In this document: piece after piece, positions 1 to 13,524 of the stretch
Layout: every line of letters begins with the position of its first letter
Position numbering within the stretch: the first letter of the stretch is position 1
Assembly (NCBI GenBank): GCA_964016885.1
Contig: OZ024745.1
Span: forward strand, 109,554,001 to 109,618,000
Origin: Eledone cirrhosa
Lineage: Eukaryota
DNA length: 64,000 nt
Reading direction: 5' to 3'
Program-made: the position numbers and the translations under genes
The notes under the pieces: generated by a model
The model's database searches: none
The model's input: the letters and a program-made list of their open reading frames with translations, nothing else
What the model was told of the DNA's origin: nothing

Positions 1-3000
1 AGTGGTGGTGGTGACAGTGGTGGTGGTGACAGTGGTGGTGGTGGCAGTGGTGGTGGTGACAGTGAAGGTGGTGGCAGTGGTGGTGGTGACAGTGAAGGTG
101 GTGGCAGTGGTGGTGGTGACAGTGGTGGTGGTGACAGTGGTGGTGGTGACAGTGGTGGTGGTGACAGTGGTGGTGGTGGCAGTGGTGGTTGTGGCAGTGG
201 TGGTGGTGACAGTGGTGGTGGTGACAGTGAAGGTGGTGGCAGTGGTGGTGGTGACAGTGGTGGTGGTGGCAGTGAAGGTGGTGACAGTGGTGGTGGTGGC
301 AGTGGTGGTGGTGGTGGTGGCAGTGGTGGTGGTGGCAGTGGTGGTTGTGACAGTGAAGGTGGTGACAGTGGTGGTGGTGGCAGTGGTGGTGGTGACAGTG
401 GTGGTGGTGACAGTGGTGGTGGTGGCAGTGGTGGTGGTGACAGTGGTGGTGACAGTGGTGGTGGTGACAGTGGTGGTGGTGGCAGTGGTGGTGGTGACAG
501 TGGTGGTGGCAGCAGTGGTGGTGGTGACAGTGGTGGTGGTGACAGTGGTGGTGGTGACAGTGGTGGTGGTGACAGTGGTGGTGGTGGCAGTGGTGGTGGT
601 GACAGTGGTGGTGGTGACAGTGGTGGTGGTGGCAGTGGTGGTGGTGACAGTGGTGGTGGTGGCAGTGGTGGTGGTGACAGTGGTGGTGGCAGCAGTGGTG
701 GTGGTGACAGTGGTGGTGGTGACAGTGGTGGTGGTGACAGTGGTGGTGGTGACAGTGGTGGTGGTGGCAGTGGTGGTGGTGACAGTGGTGGTGACAGTGG
801 TGGTGGTGACAGTGAAGGTGGTGGCAGTGGTGGTGGTGACAGTGGTGGTGGTGGCAGTGAAGGTGGTGACAGTGGTGGTGGTGGCAGTGGTGGTGGTGGT
901 GGTGACAGTGGTGGTGACAGTGGTGGTGGTGACAGTGGTGGTGACAGTGGTGGTGGAGACAGTGGTGGTGACAGTGGTGGTGGAGACAGTGGTGGTGACA
1001 GTGGTGGTGGAGACAGTGGTGGTGACAGTGGTGGTGGTGGCAGTGGTGGTGGTGACAGTGGTGGTGGTGACAGTGGTGGTGGTGACAGTGAAGATGGTGG
1101 CAGTGGTGGTGGTGACAGTGATGGTGGTGGCAGTGGTGGTGGTGACAGTGGTGGTGGTGGCAGTGGTGGTGGTGACAGTGGTGGTGGTGGCAGTGGTCGT
1201 GGTGACAGTGGTGGTGGTGACAGTGGTGGTGGTGGCAGTGAAGGTGGTGACAGTGGTGGTGGTGGCAGTGGTGGTGGTGACAGTGGTGGTGGCGGCAGTG
1301 GTGGTGGTGGCAGTGGTGGTGGTGACAGTGGTGGTGGTGACAGTGGTGGTGGTGGCAGTGGTGGTGGTGACAGTGGTGGTGGTGACAGTGGTGGTGGTGA
1401 CAGTGGTGGTGGTGACAGTGAAGGTGGTGGCAGTGGTGGTGGTGACAGTGAAGGTGGTGGCAGTGGTGGTGGTGACAGTGGTGGTGGTGGCAGTGGTGGT
1501 GGTGACAGTGGTGGTGGTGACAGTGGTGGTGGTGACAGTGGTGGTGGTGACAGTGAAGGTGGTGGCAGTGGTGGTGGTGACAGTGAAGGTGGTGGCAGTG
1601 GTGGTGGTGACAGTGGTGGTGGTGGCAGTGGTGGTTGTGGCAGTGGTGGTGGTGACAGTGGTGGTGGTGACAGTGAAGGTGGTGGCAGTGGTGGTGGTGA
1701 CAGTGGTGGTGGTGGCAGTGAAGGTGGTGACAGTGGTGGTGGTGGCAGTGGTGGTGGTGGCAGTGGTGGTGGTGACAGTGAAGGTGGTGGCAGTGGTGGT
1801 GGTGACAGTGGTGGTGGTGACAGTGGTGGTGGTGACAGTGGTGGTGGTGACAGTGGTGGTGACAATGGTGGTGGTGGCAGTGAAGGTGGTGACAGTGGTG
1901 GTGGTGGCAGTGGTGGTGGTGGCAGTGGTGGTGGTGGCAGTGGTGGTGGTGACAGTGGTGGTGGTGGCAGTGGTGGTGGTGACAGTGGTGGTGGTGACAG
2001 TGGTGGTGGTGACAGTGGTGGTGGTGACAGTGGTGGAGACAGTGGTGGTGGTGGCAGTGGTGGTGGTGACAGTGGTGGTGATGGCAGTGGTGGTGGTGAC
2101 AGTGGTGGTGGTGACAGTGGTGGTGGTGGCAGTGGTGGTGGTGACAGTGGTGGTGGTGGCAGTGGTGGTGGTGACAGTGGTGGTGGTGACAGTGGTGGTG
2201 GTGACAGTGGTGGTGGTGACAGTGGTGGTGGTGACAGTGGTGGTGGTGACAGTGATGGTGGTGGCAGTGGTGGTGGTGACAGTGGTGGTGGTGACAGTGT
2301 TGGTGGTGACAGTGGTGGTGGTGGCAGTGGTGGTGGTGACAGTGGTGGTGGTGGCAGTGGTGGTGGTGGCAGTGGTGGTGGTGACAGTGGTGGTGGTGAC
2401 AGTGGTGGTGGTGACAGTGGTGGTGGTGGCAGTGGTGGTGGTGACAGTGGTGGTGGTGGCAGTGGTGGTGGTGACAGTGGTGGTGGTGGCAGTGGTGGTG
2501 GTGGCAGTGGTGGTGGTGGCAGTGGTGGTGGTGACAGTGGTGGTGGTGACAGTGGTGGTGGTGGCAGTGGTGGTGGTGACAGTGGTGGTGGTGGCAGTGG
2601 TGGTGGCGACAGTGGTGGTGGCGGCAGTGGTGGTGGTGGCAGTGGTGGTGGTGACAGTGGTGGTGGTGACAGTGGTGGTGGTGACAGTGGTGGTGGTGGC
2701 AGTGGTGGTGGTGACAGTGGTGGTGGTGGCAGTGGTGGTGGTGACAGTGGTGGTGGTGACAGTGGTGGTGGTGACAGTGGTGGTGGTGACAGTGGTGGTG
2801 GTGGCAGTGGTGGTGGTGGCAGTGGTGGTGGTGGCAGTGGTGGTGGTGACAGTGGTGGTGGTGACAGTGGTGGTGGTGACAGTGGTGGTGGTGACAGTGG
2901 TGGTTGTGACAGTGATGGTGGTGGCAGTGGTGGTGGTGACAGTGGTGGTGGTGACAGTGGTGGTGGTGACAGTAGTCGTGGTGACAGTGGTGGTGGTGGC

Positions 3001-3237
3001 AGTGGTGGTGGTGGCAGTGGTGGTGGTGACAGTGGTGGTGGTGACAGTGGTGGTGGAGACAGTGGTGGTGGTGACAGTGGTGGTGGTGGCAGTGGTGGTG
3101 GTGGCAGTGGTGGTGGTGGCAGTGGTGGTGGTGGCAGTGGTGGTGGAGACAGTGGTGGTGGTGGCAGTGGCGGTGGTGGCAGTGGTGGTGGAGACAGTGG
3201 TGGGGGTGACAGTGGTGGTGGTGACAGTGGTGGTGAT
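1..3237 (+). repeat. 15-bp GGT-rich minisatellite (GGTGGTGGTGACAGT / GGTGGTGGTGGCAGT), runs off window start
   Basis: Direct tandem periodicity; the 1091-aa poly-Val ORF is its translation. Confidence 0.97.
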
Positions 3238-3378
3238 GCATAATGATGTAGATGATCAGGATGATGATGATATTTAAGTTAATGATGACCATAATAGTTA
3301 TGATGATGATGACAATGATGATGATGATGATGATGATGATGACGACCATAATAATTACGATGATGATGATCATCATCA

Positions 3379-3565
3379 TAATTGTTTCTACTTTTGGCAC
3401 AAGGCCAACAATTACCCAGTGCATTACTGGTACTTCATTTTATCGACCCCGTAAGGATGAAAGGCAAAGTCAACCTCGGCGGGATTTGAACTCAGATCGT
3501 AAAGGGACGTAACTATGCTGGAAAGCATGGCGTCCGACCCTCTACCGATACTGCCAATCCACCGT
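3379..3565 (-). mobile_element. tRNA-derived SINE, family A, full-length copy
   Basis: Minus strand has A-box-like TGGCAGTATCGG, B-box GAGTTCAAATCCC, conserved body GCCTTTCATCCTTACGGGGTCGATAAAATGAAGTACC (resembles a widely shared SINE central domain, possibly Meta) and an (ATT)n tail; >10 related copies in the window. Confidence 0.9.
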
Positions 3566-3998
3566 GATGTGACATGTGTGCCATACATTCTGTATATATA
3601 CATTTTGTACATGTGCAAAGGTATGTCTGCTTATATGAGTTATATGTGTTTGCATGTAGATTCTTGTATGTAGATTTCATGTTGCTGCACTATACTCAGT
3701 TGAAAATGAGTACCAGCAATAGCCGGGAGGTTAATCCTGTAATGGACTGGCATCCAGTCCCAGTGGGGAGTTATGTACTCTCTGTCACTTCATGACATGG
3801 AAACCAGGATAAGTACTGGCTTGATCAGCCTTCAGGCTTGAGACAGACTTCAACTTTTTTTAATATGCTTGTTTATTATTCACTCAAACCAATTGTTGCA
3901 AAAGTGTGGTTTAATTCATTGGATTAACACTGAAAATGTTGTTAATATCTATATTTTTTATCCTCCCTTACTTCCCAAACTCTGTCTCACAAAGATAC

Positions 3999-5592
3999 GA
4001 TTGGCAGCAGAAGAAGGAAAGGCAAAGTCAATCCTGTCAGGATATGAACCCAGAATGTAAAGGTTCACAGATATGATTGGCAGCAGAAGAAGGAAAGGCA
4101 AAGTGAATCCTGTCAGGATATGAACCCAGAATGTAAAGGTTCACAGATATGATTGGCAGCAGAAGAATGAAAGGCAAAGTCAATCCTTTCAAGATATGGA
4201 CCTAGAATGTAAAGGTTCACAGATATGATTGGCAGCAGAAGAATGAAAGGCAAAGTCAATCCTTTCAAGATATGAACCCAGAATGTAAAGGTTCACAGAT
4301 ATGATTGGCAGCAGAAGAATGAAAGGCAAAGTCAATCCTTTCAAGATATGAACCCAGAATGTAAAGGTTCACAGATATGATTGGCAGCAGAAGAAGGAAA
4401 GGCAAAGTCAATCCTGTCAAGATATGAACCCAGAATGTAAAGGTTCACAGATATGATTGGCAGCAGAAGAAGGAAAGGCAAAGTCAATCCTTTCAAGATA
4501 TGGACCTAGAATGTAAAGGTTCACAGATATGATTGGCAGCAGAAGAAGGAAAGGCAAAGTCAATCCTTTCAAGATATGGACCTAGAATGTAAAGGTTCAC
4601 AGATATGATTGGCAGCAGAAGAAGGAAAGGCAAAGTCAATCCTGTCAAGATATGAACCCAGAATGTAAAGGTTCACAGATATGATTGGCAGCAGAAGAAG
4701 GAAAGGCAAAGTCAATCCTTTCAAGATATGGACCTAGAATGTAAAGGTTCACAGATATGATTGGCAGCAGAAGAATGACAGGCAAAGTGAATCCTGTCAA
4801 GATATGAACCCAGAATGTAAAGGTTCACAGATATGATTGGCAGCAGAAGAAGGAAAGGCAAAGTCAATCCTGTCAAGATATGAACCCAGAATGTAAAGGT
4901 TCACAGATATGATTGGCAGCAGAAGAAGGAAAGGCAAAGTCAATCCTGTCAAGATATGAACCCAGAATGTAAAGGTTCACAGATATGATTGGCAGCAGAA
5001 GAAGGAAAGGCAAAGTCAATCCTTTCAAGATATGGACCTAGAATGTAAAGGTTCACAAATATGATTGGCAGCAGAAGAATGAAAGGCAAAGTCAATCCTT
5101 TCAAGATATGGACCTAGAATGTAAAGGTTCACAAATATGATTGGCAGCAGAAGAATGAAAGGCAAAGTCAATCCTTTCAAGATATGGACCTAGAATGTAA
5201 AGGTTCACAAATATGATTGGCAGCAGAAGAAGGAAAGGCAAAGTCAATCCTTTCAAGATATGGACCTAGAATGTAAAGGTTCACAGATATGATTGGCAGC
5301 AGAAGAATGACAGGCAAAGTCAATCCTGTCAAGATATGAACCCAGAATGTAAAGGTTCACAGATATGATTGGCAGCAGAAGAAGGAAAGGCAAAGTCAAT
5401 CCTGTCAAGATATGAACCCAGAATGTAAAGGTTCACAGATATGATTGGCAGCAGAAGAATGACAGGCAAAGTCAATCCTGTCAAGATATGAACCCAGAAT
5501 GTAAAGGTTCACAGATATGATTGGCAGCAGAAGAATGAAAGGCAAAGTCAATCCTGTCAAGATATGGACCTAGAATGTAAAAGTACACAGAT
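3999..5592 (+). repeat. 76-bp tandem satellite (~21 copies) derived from an internal SINE A segment
   Basis: GATTGG recurs at 3999, 4075, ...; unit contains GAAAGGCAAAGTCAA...GAACCCAGAATGTAAAG matching SINE A; last unit continues into a SINE head remnant at 5593-5643. Confidence 0.92.
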
Positions 5593-6129
5593 AAATCCCA
5601 GATGACATTTTGTCCAATGTTCTACTTACTCTGCTATCTCGCCACACGTTTACACACACATATATCAATATAGATAAATACCAGTTACACACACTTAATA
5701 CAATGGTAGGCTGGCGTGTGATATCAAGGGGTTTTGACTGTTATTTCCAGCAGAATTAATAGATAGCGGTTCACTTGTTTCTGATTCTTTTAGCTTGACT
5801 GCTTTGATGATATGTCTGCTCAATTTCAGAGCTAAATTATAATAGAGGAGGAAGAGGATTATGGAAAGGAGGAGAAGGAATAGAAATAGGAGGTGGGAAG
5901 AGGAGGAAAAAGAGGCATGGGAGGAGGAGGGGAGAGGAAGGGGAGGAGCTTCTCCTTCTTTTGATTATGACAGACTATGGGTTTACACCTAGAAACTTTC
6001 TGGGCAAGGCATTTTGTCAAAGACCAGCAGTCACCCAAGCATACTAGTCACCTTTCTTCATGTCACCAATGTCATCTAAAATAAAGTCAAAGGTCAATAC
6101 AGCTTACCACAAGTGATACTACAGCTCAT

Positions 6130-6237
6130 GTTTTCAAGCTGAGTCAACTGGAGCAACATGAAATAAACTGTCTTGCTCAAGGAATCAAACTTTCTACCTT
6201 TTTGATTGTGAGCCTGACACTCTAACCACTAAGCCAA
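6130..6237 (-). mobile_element. SINE family B 5' fragment (tRNA head plus CORE-like segment)
   Basis: Matches the head of the copies at 20796-21150 and 53061-53404 (CTGGAGCAAC.TGAAATAAA.TGTCTTGCTCAAGGA...TCTAACCACTAAGCCA). Confidence 0.75.
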
Positions 6238-6567
6238 CAACATATATTACGTTGAAACAGGTGTATATATTTACACATACATTCAGAATTTATCTCCACA
6301 AAGAACATTTGCTCAACCTACTAGAAATAACAGCCAAATCTGCCTCTTATTGTGTGTGTTAAGGGCAGAGACAATTTATATTTACTTCATGTTTGTTGTT
6401 GCTGTTGTTTTTTAGCCCCAGGTTAGTCCTATTTAAATAGAACCATGTTGACAATCCAGTCATTTTTAAGGCAGAAAATGAGCCAAATCATTAAAACTTC
6501 AGATTGAATGCTTTGCCTTACTTGTGTCTACTCTTCACTCTGAATTCATATCTTGCTGGAGGCAACC

Positions 6568-6950
6568 AGTTGTTGTTGTTCTTGTTGATGGACCTTCATC
6601 GGTTCTGACGATGAATGTTCAGTTGTTCAAACAATAGAACAGCCTGCCAGTTAATGATGATTGCTCCATCTTGTCAGATAATAGCAGTCTCAACATCATC
6701 TTAATCCCTCCAGCAAGTTTATACCCTCTCATGTGCATGGAGATGACTTTTCAATCCAGCAACTGATTTACAAGGTCTTTGGCACAAGTAACAGATGTAT
6801 GCTAGTGTATGTACTGGGTTTATTGGATCAGGATGTGGAATTTCATGTTGTTGAACCTTCATATGCCAGTTTAATCCTGAAGTTGTCTTACATATCTTGC
6901 TACAAATTTGACGAGTAAACACATCTGTGTCATTGTCTGTTCATGTATTT
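6568..6950 (-). mobile_element. Degenerate RTE/BovB-like LINE 3' end with C-terminal C2H2-type zinc fingers
   Basis: ORF 6719-6922: ICSKICKTTSGLNWHMK...YICYLCQRPCKSVAGLKSHLHAH, then a short UTR and an (AAC)n tail on the minus strand. Confidence 0.6.
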
Positions 6951-7030
6951 TCATATGGTTTACAAAACATCCTTTAAAGAGGAGGACGCAGTGTCAGAAA
7001 TAGCAATTCCATGCAACACATATATATATA

Positions 7031-7233
7031 TAGGAAAATGTATGACCCCGACGGCAGAGCTCAAACCGTTTCGACGGCTATTTCAGGACTGAAATGTCCA
7101 GAAATAGCCGTCGAAACGGCTTGAGCTCTGCCGTCAGGGTCATACATTTTCCTATTACCCACTCTACTATCCTAAGTATTGAGTACTCTGGTGCGTTAGG
7201 GTCCATCTGGTGCCTTACCACAACTCCTTCGTT
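7031..7233 (+). mobile_element. Fold-back (TA)n-embedded element, PLE-like family P1
   Basis: Inverted arms 7031-7087 / 7098-7154 followed by a unique tail containing AAGTATTGAGTACTCTGGTG; (TA)n on both sides; relatives at 13343-13524 and 56991-57171. Confidence 0.8.
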
Positions 7234-7372
7234 ATATATATATATATATGTATATATATGAGAAATCTCTTTCCCCTTTTTTCCATCTCTAAGATTAATT
7301 TGTCCAATTTTCTCTATTTTCTATAGTGATTGACTGTTTATTACAATTATTTTCTGCATTTGGTACTCTCAC

Positions 7373-7448
<76 letters not shown>

Positions 7449-7454
7449 CATATA

Positions 7455-7508
<54 letters not shown>

Positions 7509-7893
7509 TATTTATATATATATTGATCTACTTTGTGCTCACTTGTTTTTGTCATTCTTTCCATTCCTAAACACATCAGTTCTCATTGCCCCCACCATTC
7601 CTCCCCCCCCCCCAATTCCACCTGCTGTCTTAAGGAGAGAAACAGGGAGTGGAAGTGAGGGGGGGGGGGGCACTCTGTTAGCTGAGGCAGAGTGAAATTA
7701 ATACTTTGACCCTTGGGATTTTTCTTCATGACAATAAACAACAATAACAATAATCCTAATGGAAATCTAATAATAGCAAGAATAATGATGATTTCTTAAC
7801 AACAACAACAACAACAACACCAGCAACAACAACAACAACAATAATAATAATTGTTTCTACTATTGGCACGAGGCCAGCAATTACCCAGTACAT

Positions 7894-7926
<33 letters not shown>

Positions 7927-7992
7927 TGACAACAACCAGAAGATAATAATAATAATTGTTTCTACCTTTGGCACAAGGCCAGCAATAATAAT

Positions 7993-8793
7993 GATTTCTT
8001 TATTAACCACTAGGGTTTACATAAAGTAGACATTAAGGACAGTGCAGGACAAATACAGGACGGTACAAATGGGCATTTCTGCATGTAAAAAACAAAAACA
8101 GAGGATGTAACAAAAAAATAACAATGAAAAATTCCCCAATAGGGGGAGACTTCGGAGGGACATTTGTGGAGAAAGCCCAGTAAAAGGCCACAGTGACCCT
8201 GACCACCAAGGCAAGTGCCCTCTCCCAGTTTTCCACCTTTAATTTACAGATATATACTCAGAGTAGGCCCATTCACTCGGGCCATTCTTGCTTCTCTCAC
8301 CCATCTTTCAACAAAATGCTGGGAAGAGAGCACTTCCCTCTCTACTCTGATTTTCCTTTTCAAATGAAATTTGAAAAAGTCAATCAGAGCATCACCGAAG
8401 AGGTAAGTGCTCGTCTTCAGCCCTTTCAAACGTGTCCACCATACTATCTCTTTCGCCATGGCCACCAGACAGATAAAAACTGCCTGCCCTTCCCGGCTAA
8501 AGGAGGAGGGCGGGGAAATCCGCTCGATGGACTCGGATGATAGCCGGATCCGTCCTACACGCGACAGCAGGTGTTCGACATAAACCCACAAGTCAGCAAT
8601 TTTCTGACACTGGACGAGTGCGTGAAGGACGGTTTCGTCGCCCTGCGCGCATCTCGGACATGCCCGGCTGACGGCACCTCCATGCCTGTAGAGTTTATCC
8701 CGAACTGGCAAGGCTCCTCGGTAGCAGTGCCAGGCCAGAGATTTCTGGAAGTTGTCCATAGGCCCTGGCCCGAAAGTTCTTCCGAAGAGATTG
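7993..8793 (-). mobile_element. 5'-truncated Tx1/L1-like LINE 3' end (zf-RVT C-terminus plus 3' UTR)
   Basis: ORF 8244-8804 with LPVRDKL...CPRCAQGDETVLHALVQC zinc knuckle; AATAAA near the 3' end; apparent TSD AAGGCCAGCAATAATAAT at ~7975 and ~8794. Confidence 0.85.
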
Positions 8794-8823
8794 AAGGCCA
8801 GCAATAATAATAATAATTATTAT

Positions 8824-9011
8824 TATTTCTACTTTTGGCACAAGGCCAGCAATTATCCCAGTGCATTACTGGTACTTTATTTTATCGATCCCGTAAGGAT
8901 GAAAGGCAAAGTTAACCTCGGCGGGATTTGAACTCAGATCATAAAGGGCCATAACTCTATGCTGCAAAGCATGGCGTCCGACCCTCTACCGATACTGCCA
9001 ATCCACCGCCC
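8824..9011 (-). mobile_element. SINE family A, full-length copy
   Basis: Near-identical to 3379-3565. Confidence 0.9.
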
Positions 9012-9057
<46 letters not shown>

Positions 9058-9058
<1 letters not shown>

Positions 9059-11530
9059 TGACAACAACCAGAAGATGTTGTTTGGACAGCTTGAAGGGAA
9101 AGAAAGAGGCAACTACTTGATCCCTGAGGCGGAACAAACTAAGACATTCTGGTGAGGAATATGGGAGCAGGATGTTAAACATAATGACCAGGCAGTGTGG
9201 ATTGAGACAGTACAAAACGAGATTAGTGAACAGGCACACCAACAAACTGATTTGAATATCACAGTTGAAACTCTTAAGGGGCAGGCCAAAAAACTAACCA
9301 ACTGGAAATCACCAGGTCCAGATGGTGTGCAGGGTTATTGGATTAAAAATATAACATCCCTCCACCCGAAACTGACAACCATGTTCAATGACTGCTTGAT
9401 GTCAGGTGAGGTACCAGAGTGGTTGACAAAAGGTACCACAGTTCTGGTAATGAAAGACCGAATCAAGGGTAATGATGTTACCAACTATAGACCTATCACA
9501 TGTCTGTCCGTAATGTGGAAACTGTTGACAAGCATTGTATCTGAGGAAATCTACCATCACCTCCACACAAACAACTTGTTACCGGACGAACAGAAAGGAT
9601 GCCGAAAGAAGACCCGTGGTACAAAGGACCAGTTACTTATTGATAAGATGGTAATGAGGAATTGCAAGAGGAGACACACTGGTCTTGCCATGGGATGGAT
9701 AGACTATAAAAAGGCATTTGACATGGTGCCTCATTCTTGGATCACCAAAAGCCTAGAGATCTTCAAGGTGGCAGATAACATCAGACAGTTGTTGAGCAAA
9801 AGTATGAAGTCCTGAAAAACAGAGTTAAAATCAGCTGGAGAATCCTTGGGAGGTGTGAAGATCAAGAGAGGTATCTTCCAAGGAGATAGTCTGTCCCCTC
9901 TGTTGTTTGTCCTTGCCCTGATGCCCCTGACCATTATACTGCGAAAAGTGAGAGCAGGATACAAGTTGGGAAATGGAGAGCTTACCATCAATCACCTCCT
10001 CTTCATGGATGATCTTAAGCTCTTCGGGAAGAATGAGAAGGAGTTGGATGTGCTTGTTGACACTGTCCGTATTTTCAGCAATGATATATGTATGCAATTT
10101 GGTATTAGTAAGTGTGGAGTCCTTGTGATGAAGAGGGGTAAATTGAGCAGAAGCAACGGAATCCAGGTACCAACAGGTGAGATGATAAAGGAAATTGACA
10201 CTGAAGAAGGATACAAGTATTTGGGTGTTCTGGAGGCTGATGACATCAAGAACAAAAAAATGAAGGAATTGATAAGATCTGAATACATTCGGAGAGTAAG
10301 GAGCGTATTAAAATCACATCTGAACAGTAGGAATGCCATAAGTGCAGTAAATTCCCGAGCTGTGTCTATTATTAGGTACAGTGCAGGAATTCTGAGATGG
10401 AATGTTGCTGAACAAAAAGAAATGGATAGGAAGACTAGGAAGCTATTGACTATCTACAACATGTTCCACAATAGGAGTGATGTCGATAGACTCTACTTAA
10501 GGAGATCTGAAGGTGGAAAAGGTCTTATCAGCATAGAGGACTGTGTTCAGATGGAGAAAAACAACCTACACAAATACGTGACTGATAGTAGGGAGCCAAT
10601 GCTTGGAATTGTACTGAAGGAGAGGACAATAGACCAGGGGATGTCCAAAGAGGAAATAACAACAAGGAGAAAGAGTAACCTTCATGAAAAATCCCTTCAT
10701 AGTACCTTCTTTGAGAAAACTGAATTCAGAGATCCACAGACATGGAACTTGTTGGTTGAAAAGAGGAGACCTTAAAAAGGCTACAGAAGGAATGCTAATG
10801 GCTGCGCAAGAGCAGGCTCTCAAAATGAAGTGGCTGAAACACCACATTTACAAGGAGGAGTCTAGCCCACTGTGCAAGATCTGTGGAGAGAGAGAGGAGA
10901 CTGTGGCTCACCTCACATTGTATCCGAGTGTAAACACCTAGCCCAGACCCACTATAAAGGCTGGAGACATGATGTGATGGGCAGGGTGATCCACTGGCAC
11001 CTATGCAAAGTAAACAATTTACCACATTCTGAGAAGTGGTATGAGCATAAGCCAGAGTCGGTGATAGAAAACGATCAGGTGAAGGTGCTGTGGGATTTTA
11101 GGATACAGATGGATAAGAAACTGGAACACAATAGACCTGACCTGGTGGTTTTGGACAAGGAAAAAAGATTGTGCCTGATTGTGGATGTGGCTTGCCCATT
11201 CGACACGAGAGTGAAAGAGAAGGAGAGGGAGAAAATTAACCGATACCAGGACTTAAAGTGGGAGGTAAAAAGGATTTGGAACTGCCATGAAGTCAAAGTG
11301 GTCCCGATTGTCATAGGCACACTAGGTACTATCTCAAAGAGTTTCCAGGGATGGTTAAAGAAAATTGGCCCCGCCCCGCTTTTTGGAACACTTCAAAAGG
11401 CATGCTTGCTGGGAACAGCAAGAACCCTCCGATACATCCTGAATATCTGAGGCTGCAGGTAGTGGCTTGATATTCATTTCAACAAACTTTCCAGTTAACC
11501 AACATCAATGACAGAGACTCAAAGAACAAT
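9058..11530 (+). mobile_element. 5'-truncated RLE-type non-LTR retrotransposon (R4/Dong-like): RT, CCHC knuckle, restriction-like endonuclease; inactivated
   Basis: Motifs KSPGPDG, NYRPITCL, EQKG, IDYKKAFDMVPH, GIFQGDSLSPLLF, LLFMDDLKLF, YKYLG, CKICGEREETVAH...C and RPDLVVLDKEKRLCLIVDVACP; premature TGA at 9813-9815 and frameshifts near 10750 and 10915; (TAA)n flanks typical of Dong-like targets. Confidence 0.92.
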
Positions 11531-11781
11531 AACTATAATAATAGTTCTATAGAAAAATTTGGCACATACAAGACCTAACGCACACAGGCACAAGCACATA
11601 CACATGCATGCACATTAAAACATGCACATTAAAACATGCACAGAAGCACACATAAATGCATACGCACATACAATCCTATATACATACAAACTAAACCAAT
11701 CAAAAGAGAAATACTTGTAGAATCTTCAGTGTGTGTGGAAGTATGTATGTATGCATGTACCTATGTATGTATGTATGTATG

Positions 11782-12244
<463 letters not shown>

Positions 12245-13017
12245 TCTATGTAGGGTTTTAAAGTCATTGCTTTTTATATCGTTATCATCGTGATCACCAT
12301 CATTCTTTTCGATGTTGTCATCATAACAACAATAACAACAATAACAAAAATGATAATATTTCAATAAATACCCCCCCACCCCACCCCAGCCAAAAAACCC
12401 CCCAAAAACAAAAAAAAAACCAAAAAAAAAACCAAACAAACAAAACACTAACTTGTACAGAAAGGTAGGATTTATAAGAAAAGAAAAAAAAAAACATTGC
12501 AGTGTCTTCATAATTTGCAGAGATCCCCCAAAATCAGCTGAGTATTAGTGCATTAGTCAGATATTTTCAGTGTAGGCTGGTATTTCTTTACGTAGTTTGA
12601 ACCAAGAAGCCACTGCAAGGTTAAGATGATGTGAACGCTGCTACCATTATTACTCATGATAATGGAATCTGAAATTTGAGGTTCAATAAACATCAAAGTG
12701 TCGCTGATTTTACTTGCTGTTGAATATTTATTTCTTTGTTGTTGTTTTTTCTTCAGGTTTGTGTGATTGGGTGTATTTTTGTATGTGTATATATATATAT
12801 ATATATTTATGTATGTGTGTGTGTGTTAGGGGATGATCAGGAGAAAGAACTATGAAGAAGAAGAAGAAGAAGAATGTGATCTTTGGTTTCTTATACCTTT
12901 TGATTTTTATTTGTCTTTTATATATTAATTTGTTATATATATATATATAGAGAGAGAGAGAGATGTATAATAAAAGTAACAAAAATCGCTGGTATAAATG
13001 TGTGTATGTGTGTGAAT

Positions 13018-13272
13018 CCAGGGTTCAATTGGGGGTAACCATAGTAAGTAAGGTACTCAATACATTATTAGAGTGTAAACAACAAATTTAATATAGAAAT
13101 GGCTTCTACAGGGCTAGAACTGTTTCATTCGAAGGAAATCATCCTGATCATTTCCTTCGAATGAAACCGTTCTAGCCCTGTGGAAGCCATTTCTATATTA
13201 AATTTGTTGTTTACACTCTACTAATGTATTGAGTACCTTACTTATTATGGTTACTCCTGATTAAACCAGGGA
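13018..13272. mobile_element. ~105-120-bp-arm palindromic element (PLE-like, related to P1)
   Basis: Arms 13035-13139 / 13150-13254 near-perfectly complementary; shares TGTATTGAGTAC with the P1 tails; GAAAC flanks the central hairpin. Confidence 0.75.
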
Positions 13273-13342
13273 CTTACACACATGCACATTTATACCAGCA
13301 ATCTTCGTTACTTTTATTTTATATATATATATATATATATAT

Positions 13343-13524
13343 AACGAAGGAAATGTGGTAAGGAACCAGATGGACCATAACGCACCAAAGTACTCAATAC
13401 TTAGGGTAGTAGAGTGGGTAATAGAAACGAGTAGGACCCCGACGGCTGAGCTCAAGCCGTTTCGACGGCTAATTCTGCCGTCGAAACGGCTTGAGCTCAG
13501 CCGTCGGGGTCCTACTCGTTCCTA
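13343..13524 (-). mobile_element. Fold-back element family P1 copy
   Basis: Reverse complement of 7031-7233; arms 13422-13468 / 13476-13524; (TA)n flanks. Confidence 0.8.

Noticed and set aside
2-3277. 1091-aa Val/Thr ORF and other long low-complexity ORFs (21342, 27652, 33064, 34119, 44442 and similar)
   Set aside because: Translations of simple repeats; no domain content, splice support or codon-level constraint
3480-3565. tRNA genes at A-box/B-box motifs
   Set aside because: No cloverleaf; they are SINE heads continuing into SINE bodies
3999-5592. CRISPR-like array (also considered for the 63-bp and 16-bp arrays)
   Set aside because: No unique spacers and eukaryotic context; pure tandem repeats
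6719-6922. Host C2H2 zinc-finger gene exon
   Set aside because: No TGEKP linkers, first finger degenerate, followed by a short UTR and (AAC)n tail; fits an RTE/BovB 3' end better
12505-12725. Unique-looking segment that might be an exon or conserved element
   Set aside because: No convincing ORF, splice pair or recognisable motif; needs homology or RNA-seq data
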